Under the pieces are notes generated by a model. The model ran no database searches. It had not been told where the DNA came from and saw only the letters and a list, made by a program, of their open reading frames with translations. The translations under genes were made by a program, and so were the position numbers. This document shows, piece by piece, positions 1 to 12,300 of a stretch of DNA of 33,831 nucleotides. The DNA comes from Lama guanicoe. Its lineage: Eukaryota. Location: NCBI GenBank assembly GCA_013239625.1, contig MU054129.1:3782-37612 (forward strand), written 5' to 3'. How positions within the stretch are numbered: position 1 is the stretch's first letter; each line of letters begins with the position of its first letter.

Positions 1-1615
1 CTCAGCAGAAGCCACAGCAGGTGTGGATTCCTGTCTCTCCAGCTGTCATCTTCGTGTCTGAGTGCCAGGCTTCAGACCCGATCCCCTGGGGCGTTAGGAC
101 AGTTATAGACAGAGGCGGCTCGGGGAGGCCCCAAGAGGGCGGTACTGGCCTTCCTGCCGACACGATTACACGAAGATCAAACAATCCATCGATGGGAAGA
201 AAATAAGAACCATGATCATATCTGGACCCCAAGCTTAGATGTGGTATTTGGGTGACATTTATCGACAATCCAGTGAGGTTCTGGCCAGGGCAGCAAGCCA
301 GGAGTGACACTGAGGAGCATCATTGTGCAGAGGCTGGACTGGGGGTCTGCAGGCTCCTCCCAGGAGAAGCCTCAGTGTTTGGGAGGTGGCTAACATGCCT
401 CCTTCGTGTCACCAGCAAGTGGTGCCACCTGCAGAAAATCATCTGTAATCCTGGGATGGATCAGCCCTGAGTGATGTGATAAAGGCTCCTACAAGAGGGG
501 GCGCCTGATGGACAGTGAACCATCCAACAGGCTGATGAGATTCCCACCTGTGTTTATCGTGCTTTCATAGCCAAGACTGAGGAGAGTGAATGGCTCACCA
601 TGAATATTTTAACAACTTGAGAGGGTTCCATGTCTCACTGCATTTAAGTGTCACCTGGAGGAATTCAGGCAGTGTTTAGACCCAGGGGAGTCTAACGGCC
701 TCTTGGTTCCTCATCAACCTGGCAAGCCCACCAGCCCTCTATGGCCAGACCTTGGCAAGTCCCTTCCCTTGTTAGAACAAAACCTTTCCCACGCACGCCT
801 GTGGTAAGCTTTTGATTTTTATAATTAATGGGAATGAAGATACTTTACAGCATCCTCAGATCTTTCCTTAGGGCTTCTCGCCTTAGACCACGGCAAGGGG
901 GCCCACTGCCCTCAGTCCTGCACTGCAGATGGTCCCCCTGGCCCTGACACTTCCTCTGGCCACACCCTCCATTGGGTGGAGTCAACAGGGCCAAGGGGAC
1001 ATGGTCATTGGCTCCTTCCCGTGCTCTAGAAACCCAGGACCACAAATGCCCTGCCTCAGCAGCCCCTGATCCATTTCTATTGCCTGCACCGGCTCTCCCC
1101 GGAATTCAGATTCCCAGGACTCACAGAGAGGCCAAAGGGCAGCTGTTTGCATGGAGGTTATAGGCAGAGCCGGAAGTGAATTCTGAGTGTCCCCCTGTGC
1201 ACATCCAAGGCTCCTTATGGCAAGGAATGGACCCAGCATTGGGAAGAAAAGAGTCAGGCTAGTGATCAGAGTCTTGGAATCAGCTCTCCCCACACACTCA
1301 CTTTCTTTGCAGGACTCCCCTGAGTCTGGGAATTCTAATTTTGAACCTGGCCTTCCCCCTGATAATGAATGTATATTTGTAAAGGTAGGACTTTAACCTA
1401 CTGCACTTAAAATGTTTAGATATATAGGATGTGAGCACTGGAACTGCCAAAGGTCCAGAACATTTATGTTGGCTCTACTGAGACTGTAAGTGCCAAAGAC
1501 CGTCTCCAGAGAGGAGGGGCTCCTGCTTCACGCTCCGAAGCCAGAATCTTCTGAGAGGATAAAACAATGGACACTGAGACCCTCAATTGTAAATTGATTT
1601 AGAATAACTTCAAAG

Positions 1616-1880
1616 GTGTGTATGACGTGTGTGTGCACACGCACGCACCTGGGGAATTGTGTTGTACATGACTGTGAGTGTGTGTGTGGCTGTGCGTGCA
1701 CGCGCCTGGGGATGTCTGTGGTTGTGTGTATGCTATGTTTCTGTGTGCGCCTGAGGACGTGTGTGATTGTGTGTATGGTAGGTGTCTGTGTGGTACATGA
1801 GTCCATGTACATGTGTGTGTAGGGAAGTATGTGGAGCAAAGCCAGTGTGTCTGCACGTGTGTTTGTGTGTACGTGCATGC
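1616..1880. repeat. Degenerate (TG)n/(CA)n low-complexity tract
   Basis: About 260 bp of interrupted gtgtgt runs. It explains the Cys/Val- and His/Thr-rich spurious ORFs here. Confidence 0.9.
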
Positions 1881-2032
1881 ATTAGTTTTAACAGTAGAAG
1901 CTGTCCTTTAGAATTCTGAAGTAGTAAAGTTTGTATGATGTCTTTCGCTGTATAATTCAAAATTAAAAAATCTTCAGTCACCAGAAATTTATTACCCCCG
2001 CGATTCTGATTTTTTTTCCATATTGATTTGTC

Positions 2033-2140
2033 TTCATTTTACTGATGAGGAAACTTAGCTTAGAGATGTTAACTGACTCAACCAAAGGCATGGAGCTCGA
2101 GCGCCCAGGGCCAGGACGCAGTCCAAGCCACGCTGCTCCA
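2033..2140 (-). mobile_element. MIR SINE fragment
   Basis: cattttactgatgaggaaact...agagatgttaactgact...ccaaagg resembles the reverse complement of the MIR core. Confidence 0.65.
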
Positions 2141-2881
2141 GAGGCCTGGAGCCCTGCTCACGATCACACGTGGCCTCTTGGCGGGGGAACAGATTCTGAT
2201 GGTCTGTGGCCAGCGTGCAGGCTCCCCAAGCCGCGGACTTGGGAAGCCGGGCGGAGAGTACAAGACAACAGACAAGACTGAAGCCCTGCTCAGAAGTTAG
2301 ATAGGTTCCTAGGTCTTGGATGAGGAAGGAGGCTCACTGCTCATCCTTGATCCCTTTGCTGGTGGCCAAAAGGGACCAAGGCCCACGAGAGCACTTCTGG
2401 GAGCGGCCTGCCAAAACCTGGAACAGGGCTGCTCAGGACTGGCTCTGTAGTAGGAGCAGAGGAAGGAAATGTAGCCCCTTGGTTGACATTCTTTGTGATG
2501 GTAGTAGGAGGCCTAGCAGCCTTGTTATGGGGGTGGTAGGACAGGGACCTAGTGGATGATCGTGTTCACGTGTCTGAAAAATAATTGCTTCATATATTTT
2601 ATCCATTTTGTGGTTTAATTTAGGATGGTAAATATGGTATCTTTTACTCCATATTAGCTGGATTGATTAATTTTTTTATTGTTAATTTTCTCTTCAATGA
2701 TTTGGAAGCTATATTGTCTTTTCATGAAAATTCTCTCTAAACATTTATAAATCATCTCTAAGTTCATAACTTTATATGTAATTGGACCAGTATTCCTATA
2801 ATACTATCAAAAATGAAATAATCTATTAGATCCTGTTCCACAATAATGATAAATTTAGCATATTTTACCTCTTTGCTGTTC

Positions 2882-3030
2882 NNNNNNNNNNNNNNNNNNN
2901 NNNNNNNNNNNNNNNNNNNNNNNNNNNNNNNNNNNNNNNNNNNNNNNNNNNNNNNNNNNNNNNNNNNNNNNNNNNNNNNNNNNNNNNNNNNNNNNNNNNN
3001 NNNNNNNNNNNNNNNNNNNNNNNNNNNNNN
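2882..3030. other. Assembly gap or masked run (149 N)
   Basis: Run of N. Confidence 1.
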
Positions 3031-4104
3031 GTATAAACTTCTTGGATTTCATTGTTCACTACCACAATTTAATACCATGTCTTTCCCACTTTTGAGTTAT
3101 TTACTTATCAGGATTTTCAAATCAACTGGACACATGATTGGCTAAGTTTTATCCAGTGGTGGACTTGGAACCCTTTCATGTCTATATGTAGCTTTATATT
3201 CTCCTTCTCAACAGCTCTCAGCATGTTGTTGATGGCCAAAAACTTGTTTTAAAATATGGCATTGTTTTTCATCACCAAAAAAACAAAAAAGTTTTCTTGA
3301 TTTAAAGTCCTATCTTTTTATAACTGGCTAGTCTTGTCTGCTGGATAGAGATTTCCTTAACCTTCCTCCTTCTTTTCGCCATAACTCGGATTCATTGAGA
3401 TGCATGTTTTTACCATTTCTCAGATGGGCTTCTACTTTGACTTCCACTTTAAACCATCACCCCACTCTTTTACTCCATGCTTATTCCTGAAAAAGTGAGC
3501 TCTCTTTTGGATTAAAGATGGTCCCCTTCAGAGATGTGAGGCTCACTGTCCAAAGGTCCAAATGAAGAGAAAAGGAAAGATTCCTGTTACTGGTGGTTAC
3601 ATTTTGTCAGCTTAGAGATCTAGTTATCCGTGTGGCTGCGGTGGAATCTGCAATATCTTGACTCAGAGTTTCCTTTTTCTGGCTTACTAGGGGAGCCGCA
3701 TTAGCTGGAGTCACGGCGCTGTGGCCGTTGTCAGGATCCCAGGGCTGAGGCAGCCTCTCTCCACCCTTGTTATTTTGATCTTGCAAACTGGGACCCAGCT
3801 ATGCGAACCCTGCACATGGTGGCCAGGATCGCCCCCCATGTGACGTGCCTCCAGTTCCTCGGCGTCCCTCACTGCTATCAGCTAGCTCCAGTAAGGGTAT
3901 GAGCTGGCTTCCACTGCGGTCCTTCCTCCTTCCTCTCCAGGCAGGCCCTCCTTTCCCACTAGTTGTCCCTGTACCTTCTGTCCTGCGCTACATACGCTGA
4001 AGGAATTCCTCAGCGTTTCCAGCAGGTAGATGGCGCTCTTCTATGTTTGGACTACTTCAGTGCTTGCAGTGGAAATTTAGGAGGTGGAAAGGAAGAGCTT
4101 GGGG

Positions 4105-4560
4105 GTTCTCCATATTTAGGGGCTCCCTATCCAGCAGATTCAACTAACAGTGGTTTGAAAATATGGAAAAACAAAGTTTCAAAAAGCAACACTTGAATTT
4201 GCCATACACTGACAACTACTTACAGAGCCTTCATGTTGTATTAGATACTGTGAGTACTCTAGAGATGATTTAAAGTACACAGGAGGACACAGCAAAAGAA
4301 AATGTGACAACGAATGTACGTGTATATTCATGTATAACTGAAAAATTGTGCTCTAAGCTGGAATTTGATGCAACATTGTAAAATGACTATAACTCAATAA
4401 AAAATGTTTGTGTATATATATATATAAATTACATGGGAGGGTACACATAAGTTCCGTGCAAGTCTTATGCTATTTTATACAAGAGGCGTCAGCATCCATG
4501 GATGTTGACGTCAAGGGGGAGTTCTGGAACAAGTGCCCCATGGTTACCAAGGGATGACTG
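4105..4560 (-). mobile_element. MER2-like (TcMar-Tigger) DNA transposon relic, interrupted by a short L1 3' end
   Basis: Terminal ...ggttaccaagggatgactg and internal ctctagagatgatttaaagta and gattcaactaacagtggtttgaaaatat resemble the recalled MER2/Tigger3 consensus in reverse. Confidence 0.75.
4288..4425 (+). mobile_element. Heavily 5'-truncated L1 3' end with target-site duplication
   Basis: caacattgtaaaatgactataactcaataaaaa is an L1 3' terminus. It is flanked by an imperfect direct repeat, aaagtacacaggagg (4272-4286) and aaattacatgggagg (4426-4440), at a TT/AAAG site. Confidence 0.7.
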
Positions 4561-4778
4561 GAAGTCCAGGCTCCTTATCCCAGCCTGTCAGGTCCCCACG
4601 TGGTCTGAATCCTACCTGTACCACACTTCCCTTGTCACTCTCCCCCAGCCCTGGCAGACTGCCCTCTGATTCTTGAACAGGCCACACTCACTGTGCTTCA
4701 TGTCTGGCCCCTAGAAATACCCGTTACTTTCTGAGCATGGCTCTGTTTTCACAAAATGGGCTGCATTTTCACTAGAGA

Positions 4779-5250
4779 AGACAGTGTGGAATTTCCTTTA
4801 AAAGCTGAAAATAGACTTAAATCATGTTCCAGCCTTCCCACTCCCGGGCATATGTCAGAAGAAAACTCTAATTCAAAAAGTCACATGCACCTCAATGCTC
4901 ACAGCAGCACTATTTATAATAGCCAGGACATGGCAACAACCCAAGTGTCCATCAACAGCTGACTGGATAAAGATGTAGTAGTATATTTATACAAAGGAAT
5001 ACTACTCAGCCATTTAAAAGAACAAAATAATGCCATTTGCAGCAACATGGATGGACGTACACATAGTCATTCTAAGTGAAGGAAGCCAGAAAAAGAGAAA
5101 AATGCCATATGATATCACTTATATGTGGAATCTAAAAAAAGACACAAATGAACTTAATTACAAAAGAGAAACAGACCTGCAGATGTACAGAAACAAACTT
5201 ACGGTTACCAGGGAGAGAAGGGGATGGGAAGGGATAAATATGGGAATTGG
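4779..5250 (+). mobile_element. L1 fragment (end of ORF2 and 3' UTR)
   Basis: Translation MPFAATWMD..I.ILSE is the L1 ORF2 C-terminus, followed by atatcacttatatgtggaatctaaaaaa. Confidence 0.92.
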
Positions 5251-5259
5251 AAAAATGTC

Positions 5260-5422
5260 CCTCTTGGGGAGTTACGGAAATGTTAGCTATCTTGATTGTG
5301 GTGATGGTTTTCTGGGTGTAGACAACTATCAAATTGATGAAATAATACATGTGAAATATGTGTAATTTACTATACAGGAATCATACCACAATAAAGGTGC
5401 CTGTAAAATAAAAAAAAAAAAC
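5260..5422 (+). mobile_element. Older L1M-type 3' end with poly(A)
   Basis: ggaaatgttagctatcttgattgtggtgatggtt...caataaag then an A-run, typical of ancient mammalian L1 3' ends. Confidence 0.75.
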
Positions 5423-5599
5423 AAGAAAAGTTTAGCGGCATTGTGTCCTACGTTTTTATGTGTCTTTAGTGAGTGGGTCTTCAAGTTTCCGGTCTGCCAT
5501 ATTTTCCGAACCAGAAGTGCCCTCCTTCCCTTTTCTTTGATAAAAATGTCAGTGGGTGGCATTTATTCCCGTTGCTTCAACTTCTCTCTGTCCACTGAT

Positions 5600-6525
5600 T
5601 ATCTGTCAAATCTTTTCCAGCAAGGACATTTCATTTCAGTCCCAGAAATATACTTATAATTGACAAGTAGACATTCCCACTTGATTAGCCCATAAAAATC
5701 TCAAGCTCTGTATGTTTGGATTTACACTCGCTCAGAACTAGGTGTACTTCTTCAAACAATGGCATCACTATCCCATCTGTTTTCCATGACATACATCTGG
5801 GAGTTTTCCTTTACTTTTCCACTCCCTCACCCCCATCAGTACTACAATTCTCTTCCTTAATGTCCCCCAACTAAGTCCCCGCCCCTCGCTCCCCACTGCA
5901 TTAATTCCCATCACTTGCTAGTCTACCCAGTGCTGTTCTTTAGAGTGAACAATCCACTTTGCTCACTTTTAATGACTATTCTGTGTCACTCTCCTCCTTA
6001 AAACCCCAAAGAATTCCCCGCTGCGTGTGTGAGGAAGTCCATGCTCCCTGATTTAACGTCACAACTTCTCGTCACCTAGTTGCTGCTTTTTTTCAGCCTC
6101 AGCTTCCGTTAGTTCCCCACAGCCTCTAGCCTCACTGACCTTCCTTCCCTAAGTGCAAAGTGCTCTTAGATACGACCAGACCTCTGCACGAGACACGCAA
6201 GCTGCCGAGAATCCCATGCCCAGCACGCACTCTCCTGGTCTAGAGATTGGCTGGAATCCTTCAGATGTCATTGCTGAAGGCATTTCCTCTCTGACACCTT
6301 CGCTACCTTCTAGAACCCTGCCCAAGGCAGTGCAAGAGCCCCTCTGAACATATAGTATATATGATGCCAAGTGAGTCTTAACACATTGTTTTGAAAACCT
6401 ATTTAAATTTGTCTCTTCCACGACACACTGTGATCTCCTTGAGGGATGGGGGGCTGTGTGATATTTGTCTAGACAGTTAATGTCTCGCACAGACCCCGGG
6501 CCATCAGAAACAGTCTGCTGACTCA
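5600..6525 (+). mobile_element. L2 LINE relic
   Basis: Pyrimidine-rich L2-like body ending in ctgtgatctccttgagggatgggg...gcacagaccccgggccatcag, resembling an L2 3' end. Confidence 0.65.
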
Positions 6526-7410
6526 TCAAGAAGAAATGTCGTCTTTGCAACGTAAGAAAGACTACATGATTTCTGATCTTACACCATTCGTCAATGGTCA
6601 AAATAATTTCACATAGAGCTACACAGGCAAGATATGTGTATTCTTTTCCTCTTTGTGAGCCCGAGATCATAGGCATCCTGGAACGGAGGTGTCACACTAA
6701 GCTGTCTGTCCCCTAGGGTGTCACATCAAACTTCAACATATTTTTAGAAGTTGTAGGGACACGTGTACATCACCCATCTTAGAGCAAATGGTGCTTCAGC
6801 CTGACCCAGTTTAATGTCCATATGAAAATCAGAAATCTTCCAAACTGAAACCTGAGGAAATAATTCCCATCTCTCCTTCCAGTCTGTCTGCCATCTGCAT
6901 CCCACATCCCCACTGCTCACCTGCGTCAGACCACTTTCCATCTATAAACATTTTCGGTGGGACACTTGGATGACAGCTAATTACATCAGTAATGAAAATG
7001 GTCCCATGAACGTTGGCTCTGCACAACACGGATGCTTTGATCAGAGGCCTCAGCCGTGGCCTGCAGGGTCTGTTCACGTGTTCTGCCTGGCTTCAATGCA
7101 GACGTTGTGCAGAAAATCAAGCCTGCAGTTAAAGTCATAGAAGGCCCAAGAAATCCAGAAAAATAGAGTGAGAGTCATCTCCTTGGGAATATTTTTGAAA
7201 ACAATCCACTAATAGGAAGAAGAGCTTTAAGACGTTCGTTTCAGAGCAGATGATGTCCAAATGCAGGTGGGTCAGTTTTGTCAACCTGAGTCGGAGCGCA
7301 GCAAGGTGAGCTGGGCCTGGCCACAGCCTAGCTCCTCTGTTGTGTAGTGACCCGCTGAGAATGAAGGAATGGCCCAGGGCTTCCTCTGACTCTCTCTCCC
7401 TCCACTCCAT

Positions 7411-7716
7411 NNNNNNNNNNNNNNNNNNNNNNNNNNNNNNNNNNNNNNNNNNNNNNNNNNNNNNNNNNNNNNNNNNNNNNNNNNNNNNNNNNNNNNNNNN
7501 NNNNNNNNNNNNNNNNNNNNNNNNNNNNNNNNNNNNNNNNNNNNNNNNNNNNNNNNNNNNNNNNNNNNNNNNNNNNNNNNNNNNNNNNNNNNNNNNNNNN
7601 NNNNNNNNNNNNNNNNNNNNNNNNNNNNNNNNNNNNNNNNNNNNNNNNNNNNNNNNNNNNNNNNNNNNNNNNNNNNNNNNNNNNNNNNNNNNNNNNNNNN
7701 NNNNNNNNNNNNNNNN
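7411..7716. other. Assembly gap or masked run (306 N)
   Basis: Run of N. Confidence 1.
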
Positions 7717-8340
7717 TCTCTGAGGGTAAAATAATTTGAACAAGGTCCTGAATGAAGCAAAGAATAAGCCACGTAGGTAACAGACAAGAAAAGCCTCCCA
7801 GGCCGGGAGAAGTGTAAGTACGAGACTTGGAGTTACAAACACAGCTGTCCTGGTGGGGACCATCTGGGCGGTGAAGATGGGCTGGATCAGAACGGTGAGA
7901 CCTGAGGCTGCAGAGACGGGCGAGGGTCCGGATCACACAGGGCCATGGTAGGGACTCTGGATATCCCTCTGAACACAATGGAAAATCACGAGAGTATTTT
8001 GCAAAGCAGAACAACTTGATCCGATTCATACTTTAATAAGACCGCTGTCGGTAACATATGGGGAATAAGCAATGGAAGCAGGGCAAGGTAAGCTGATGGG
8101 AAGCCAGTGGGAAGAGTGCTGCTGACCTGGAGAGAGACACCGAGGTTGGGCTGGGATGATGGCGGGAGACGGGCTGAAAGGGGGACACGATTTGACAGTA
8201 ATGGACACAGGCCTTAATGCTCGAGTTGGACACAGACACAGAGTGGTTCAGGGTGATGGGTATGTGATATATGGGGCTGAGCCACAGTTTTTGTGCAGAG
8301 ACCTGAGAGGAGAATAAAATGGGGACTTTGATGTCGGTAA
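7717..8340 (-). mobile_element. L2 LINE relic
   Basis: Purine-rich antisense L2 motifs, e.g. cagggccatggtagggactctggatat...aatggaaaatc and gcagaacaacttgatccgattc. Confidence 0.65.
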
Positions 8341-8769
8341 GAAGTGTTGGTGGGTGTTGAATTCCCCCTAGAGCCACTTCTCTGTTTCTCTGTAGATGAA
8401 GTCAACAGAGCAGGGATGGGTGTTCCTACTTCTGCAGAGAATTGCGTGTCCTCCTCATCGACAAATTCAAGAGGCCGACCTGCCCATCCAATTGCAACAT
8501 CTTGAATCTGCTTCTTTCTATCCAGGAGGATACTTCCAACTAAGATGCCAATCAAAAATTCCCGTGTCCAGAGTTAGAGCTGTGTGCCTTTTGGATGATC
8601 TCAGAGACCCCTCCTCAGAGGCTCAGTGTGCTCTCTCTCCCTCAGAGCACAGTTCCCTTCAGTCTGGTGGGTTTCAGCAGAGAAGATTTCACAAATAACC
8701 CCTCTCAGACCCTGGGGACCAACCTCCCGCTTGGCCGAGCTCTGAAAATGAGCACGAGTTCCGGGCAAA

Positions 8770-9068
8770 NNNNNNNNNNNNNNNNNNNNNNNNNNNNNNN
8801 NNNNNNNNNNNNNNNNNNNNNNNNNNNNNNNNNNNNNNNNNNNNNNNNNNNNNNNNNNNNNNNNNNNNNNNNNNNNNNNNNNNNNNNNNNNNNNNNNNNN
8901 NNNNNNNNNNNNNNNNNNNNNNNNNNNNNNNNNNNNNNNNNNNNNNNNNNNNNNNNNNNNNNNNNNNNNNNNNNNNNNNNNNNNNNNNNNNNNNNNNNNN
9001 NNNNNNNNNNNNNNNNNNNNNNNNNNNNNNNNNNNNNNNNNNNNNNNNNNNNNNNNNNNNNNNNNNNN
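8770..9068. other. Assembly gap or masked run (299 N)
   Basis: Run of N. Confidence 1.
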
Positions 9069-9504
9069 GTAAATTCTCCAGCAGTATTGAACCCCCTTGT
9101 TCCTCCAGGGGGTCTCCAAAGGTATACATGTTCCAATTCTGACCCAAAACCAATGAGACTTTTCTTTTTTTTGATCACTTCACCATGGACAAAAGATATC
9201 ATTAAAGAAGGTGAGAAAAGAGCAGGTCCCCATCATCCAGAGCCCTCCCAAAGAGCCCACAGAAGTAAAGAGGGGATGAACAAGAGAAACGGTTTATTTA
9301 TACACACGCAGGAGCCAACCAGAAAAGTAACTACCGTGTTAAATGGTGAAAGTTAAAAGCTTTGTTATCAACCTAACTTAACAGGGCAAAGGGAGAGGAG
9401 AGAATTGGCTTCCATGACAGGTTTTCTTCTACATCTACTGAATCTCAGGTATCTTCAGCTAAAGTGCTTTTCTATTAACCATGGGTTCCATCTGACTTTC
9501 CATT

Positions 9505-9715
9505 CCTCTAACTTTGTTCTTCTTTTTCAAGATTCACTCATGTATTCTGAGCCCCTAGATTTTCCACGTGAATTTTAGATTGATTTTCAATTCCTGCAAA
9601 ACACCACCTGGGATTTGGGTAGGCATATTTTGAATCCTTAGATCTATTCATGGACTACTGTCATCTTAGTAGAATGAAGCCTTCTGCTCCATGAATATGG
9701 GAATATTCTCTGTGA
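9505..9715 (-). mobile_element. Old L1 ORF2 fragment
   Basis: ctaactttgttcttctttttcaagatt...ttccacgtgaattttagatt...ccatgaatatggga resembles antisense L1M ORF2. Confidence 0.7.
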
Positions 9716-9989
9716 ATGTAGGTCTTAATTTTTCTTGACAGAATCTCTCCTCTATTGTAGTCTTCAGTGTCCAAGTCTGGTACTTCTTCCTCACCTCTAT
9801 TGGATGCTGATTCAAAAGCGACACGACCTCCTGGAGAACCTCTGCTGCCACGGAACTGACATGGAAGTGAGTTCTGAGAAGGCTTTAAATTCTTTTAAAT
9901 ATAGGATTAATGTACTTTAATTACTCCATAGATGAGTAATGTATGGGTCACATTAACATAGGATTTTAATCCTTTTTGAATTAGTAGAG

Positions 9990-10227
9990 TAATACAGACA
10001 CAGTACAATAATTTGTTATCTTTATAGGAGTGCAAAAGTGTTAATATCCTTAAAGCTCAGAGTTTTGAGAATAGGCTCTCCTGTTTATTTCAGGCTAAAG
10101 GCAACATTNNNNNNNNNNNNNNNNNNNNNNNNNNNNNNNNNNNNNNNNNNNNNNNNNNNNNNNNNNNNNNNNNNNNNNNNNNNNNNNNNNNNNNNNNNNN
10201 NNNTGGAGTCAGATCTTCTCTATTACA
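9990..10227 (-). mobile_element. Partial ERV LTR spanning an N gap
   Basis: Reverse complement starts TGTAATAGAGAAGATCTGACTCCA and contains aatgttgcctttagcctgaaataaacaggagagcctattctcaaaactctgagctttaagg, as recalled for laurasiatherian ERV1-type LTRs. Confidence 0.55.
10109..10203. other. Assembly gap or masked run (95 N)
   Basis: Run of N. Confidence 1.
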
Positions 10228-11539
10228 GCGACTTTTGGTGAGAGCTAAGAGGATGATTCCTGGGTGGGTCCTCCACTGTCCCAGGCTGGAGTTCAGGCAG
10301 GATCCCTGCCAGACTCCCCATGACATTGGACCTGATCTCCCGCAGAGAAAGTGACAATTATTGGATTAAAATTACCTGTCAAAATCCCTTCAATTGCCTG
10401 TAAACTCTACCACAGCAGGGGATGTCTCATTCACCAGTCAACTGCCAGTCTCCCTTGATGCAAGGGACCAGCGTCGTGGCAGGATCCATGGTGGCCTGGA
10501 CATTGCACCTTCCTACTTTGCTCTCCAGTTTTAGCTTTCTAACTTTGACGCTTTAAAAGCTAGCATCCCTCTTCCCTCTGGCCTTGTATGAATGAACAAG
10601 ATCCCTGCACCCACCTGGGCTGAGCCCAGGCCACGCACACAGCTCCATGCACACAGCCCACCATCTGCTGTCTATCCCTGGGCTCAAGTGGAAACTCTGA
10701 ACTCCCCCACCCCAATGGTCTGCATGCCCAGTGCCTCCGCCCTAGGGGTCCAGATCACCATCAGGACCATCAACCACCCAAGGCCCACAGGCCAGTGGCT
10801 GGAAGCCTGGGATCACCCTGACCCATCGGGTCAGATGAGACACAGGGTTTGGGGATCAGGGTGCCAGGGCGGGAATTGGAACCGCCTTCAATCCAGCCTG
10901 CCTCGCCCTGTTGCCTCAGACATTAACTATGAAGGTACACACTAGGCTGGATCCCCCACTGGTGGCAGTAGTCATCATTACTGGAGCCTGGATTTCCCCA
11001 CCCCAACCACAGGGTGAGGGGTGAGGGAGTGAGCTCAGGGTAGGGGTGCACTCAGAGTGAAGGGGATCCCATGGTGAGGGGGTATAGGTTGGAGTGTGGG
11101 GCCCGCTCAGAGTGGAACTGACCTGGCTGAGAGGTGAGGGGGACAGTTTCAGGTTGTTGGGGTTCCTGTGCTGAGGCATGAGGGGTAAGCTGGTGGGTCT
11201 AGGGGCCATAGGTTAGGACCTAGCAGGATGGAGTGTCAGGGCAGGGACCTCGGTGTGAGGAGAAGGAGCCCTGTCTTCAAGGTCTGTTGGGAGACTGGGC
11301 CGGGCCAGGGGTGGGAGGGTAGTAACAGGGAGCGGTAGGTGAGCAGGGGAAGTGGGGCTGGCGGGGAGTGGCCTGGCCCAGGACAGTTGTGGTCCTAGTT
11401 CAGTGCCAGGACCCAGTCAGTGGCGGGGTGAAGGCTCTGGGGAAGGAGACCCGGAGGGACAAGCAGGAGGGGCCCCACCTGGCTCCTCCCGGCCCAGCGG
11501 CCAGGTCCGGTAAAGCAGGAGACCCACCCGAGCAGTTTG

Positions 11540-12300
11540 CGCTGCAGGGGGGAGAAGGAGGGGCACGCATGCGCAGACGGACAGACGCGTGGACGCCGGA
11601 ACCCGCCCAGAATGCGTGGAAGCTGGCGGGAGCCGGTTGCTCCTGGACCAGCTCCAGGAAGAGGAACACGGCCTGGGGTCTGGGCCGCCGCTTGCACGCG
11701 GCTCGTCTGCCGCTGCCGGGCAGTTAAGGGGGTGCTGGTGGGGGCGCGCTGCTCGGGGAGCCGGCGGGTGACGCCTGGGCTGTGCAGCTGAGTAGGCGCC
11801 CAGGGACGGGTGCGGAGGTGAGATCCCGGCCGCGCGTCCCGTTAGGACAATGAGGCGGGTCCCAGCCGCCGCTGTGGTTCGTGGTAACCCCGGTATTAGT
11901 AGTTCCTGAACCCCGCGTTTTTGCCGCCGCTTATAACCAGGTTTAGGAGAGCAAGCACAGCCCAGGGAGGTGGGAGGGCACCGGACGTCTCCGGAGCATC
12001 TCCGATGCAGACGATGGCCTGCTCCTTGCAGGTGGGTGCGGTGCGGTCGCGAGTCCTCGGATGGAATGGGTGCTGCCCCATGAGAGCCCCTGGATTTGCT
12101 CCCATCTTCCCCGCGGCCTGACCTTGGGGGCGGCCTCCAAAGCCCCAGGTTCGTGGGACTCAGGTTACAGGTCAGTCTGCTCCTGGGAGATGGGCTCGAT
12201 GCTATCAGTGTGCTGGGATGGCTGCAGCAGCAGCGGGAAAAGGTCGCAACCCCCGCGCTCCCACAAGGCAGCCCCAATCCCGCCATCGCAGCCGCTGCCT
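11540..12300. promoter_or_regulatory. CpG island, promoter-like (possibly bidirectional)
   Basis: Abrupt GC- and CpG-rich segment in a CpG-depleted window. Contains NRF1 and ETS-like motifs, a + strand donor GAG|GTGAGA (11818) and a - strand donor CAG|GTGGGG (~11479). Confidence 0.7.
11565..11575. promoter_or_regulatory. NRF1-like binding motif
   Basis: ACGCATGCGCA is close to the NRF1 consensus GCGCATGCGCA. An ETS-like core CCGGAA lies at 11596-11601. Confidence 0.55.

Noticed and set aside
7135..9356. Long ORFs of 127-253 aa
   Set aside because: They are artefacts of translating through N gaps.
10819..10835. Small hairpin ctgaccc-atc-gggtcag
   Set aside because: A 7-bp stem is expected by chance in 34 kb.
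11589..11771. Peptide SRLLLDQLQEEEHG, superficially like the ANO6 N-terminus (SRNVLLQMEEEEDD)
   Set aside because: No ATG, no acidic run and no donor at the expected position; low-complexity coincidence. KLHL2 exon 1 (METPPLPPA) was also not found in the island.
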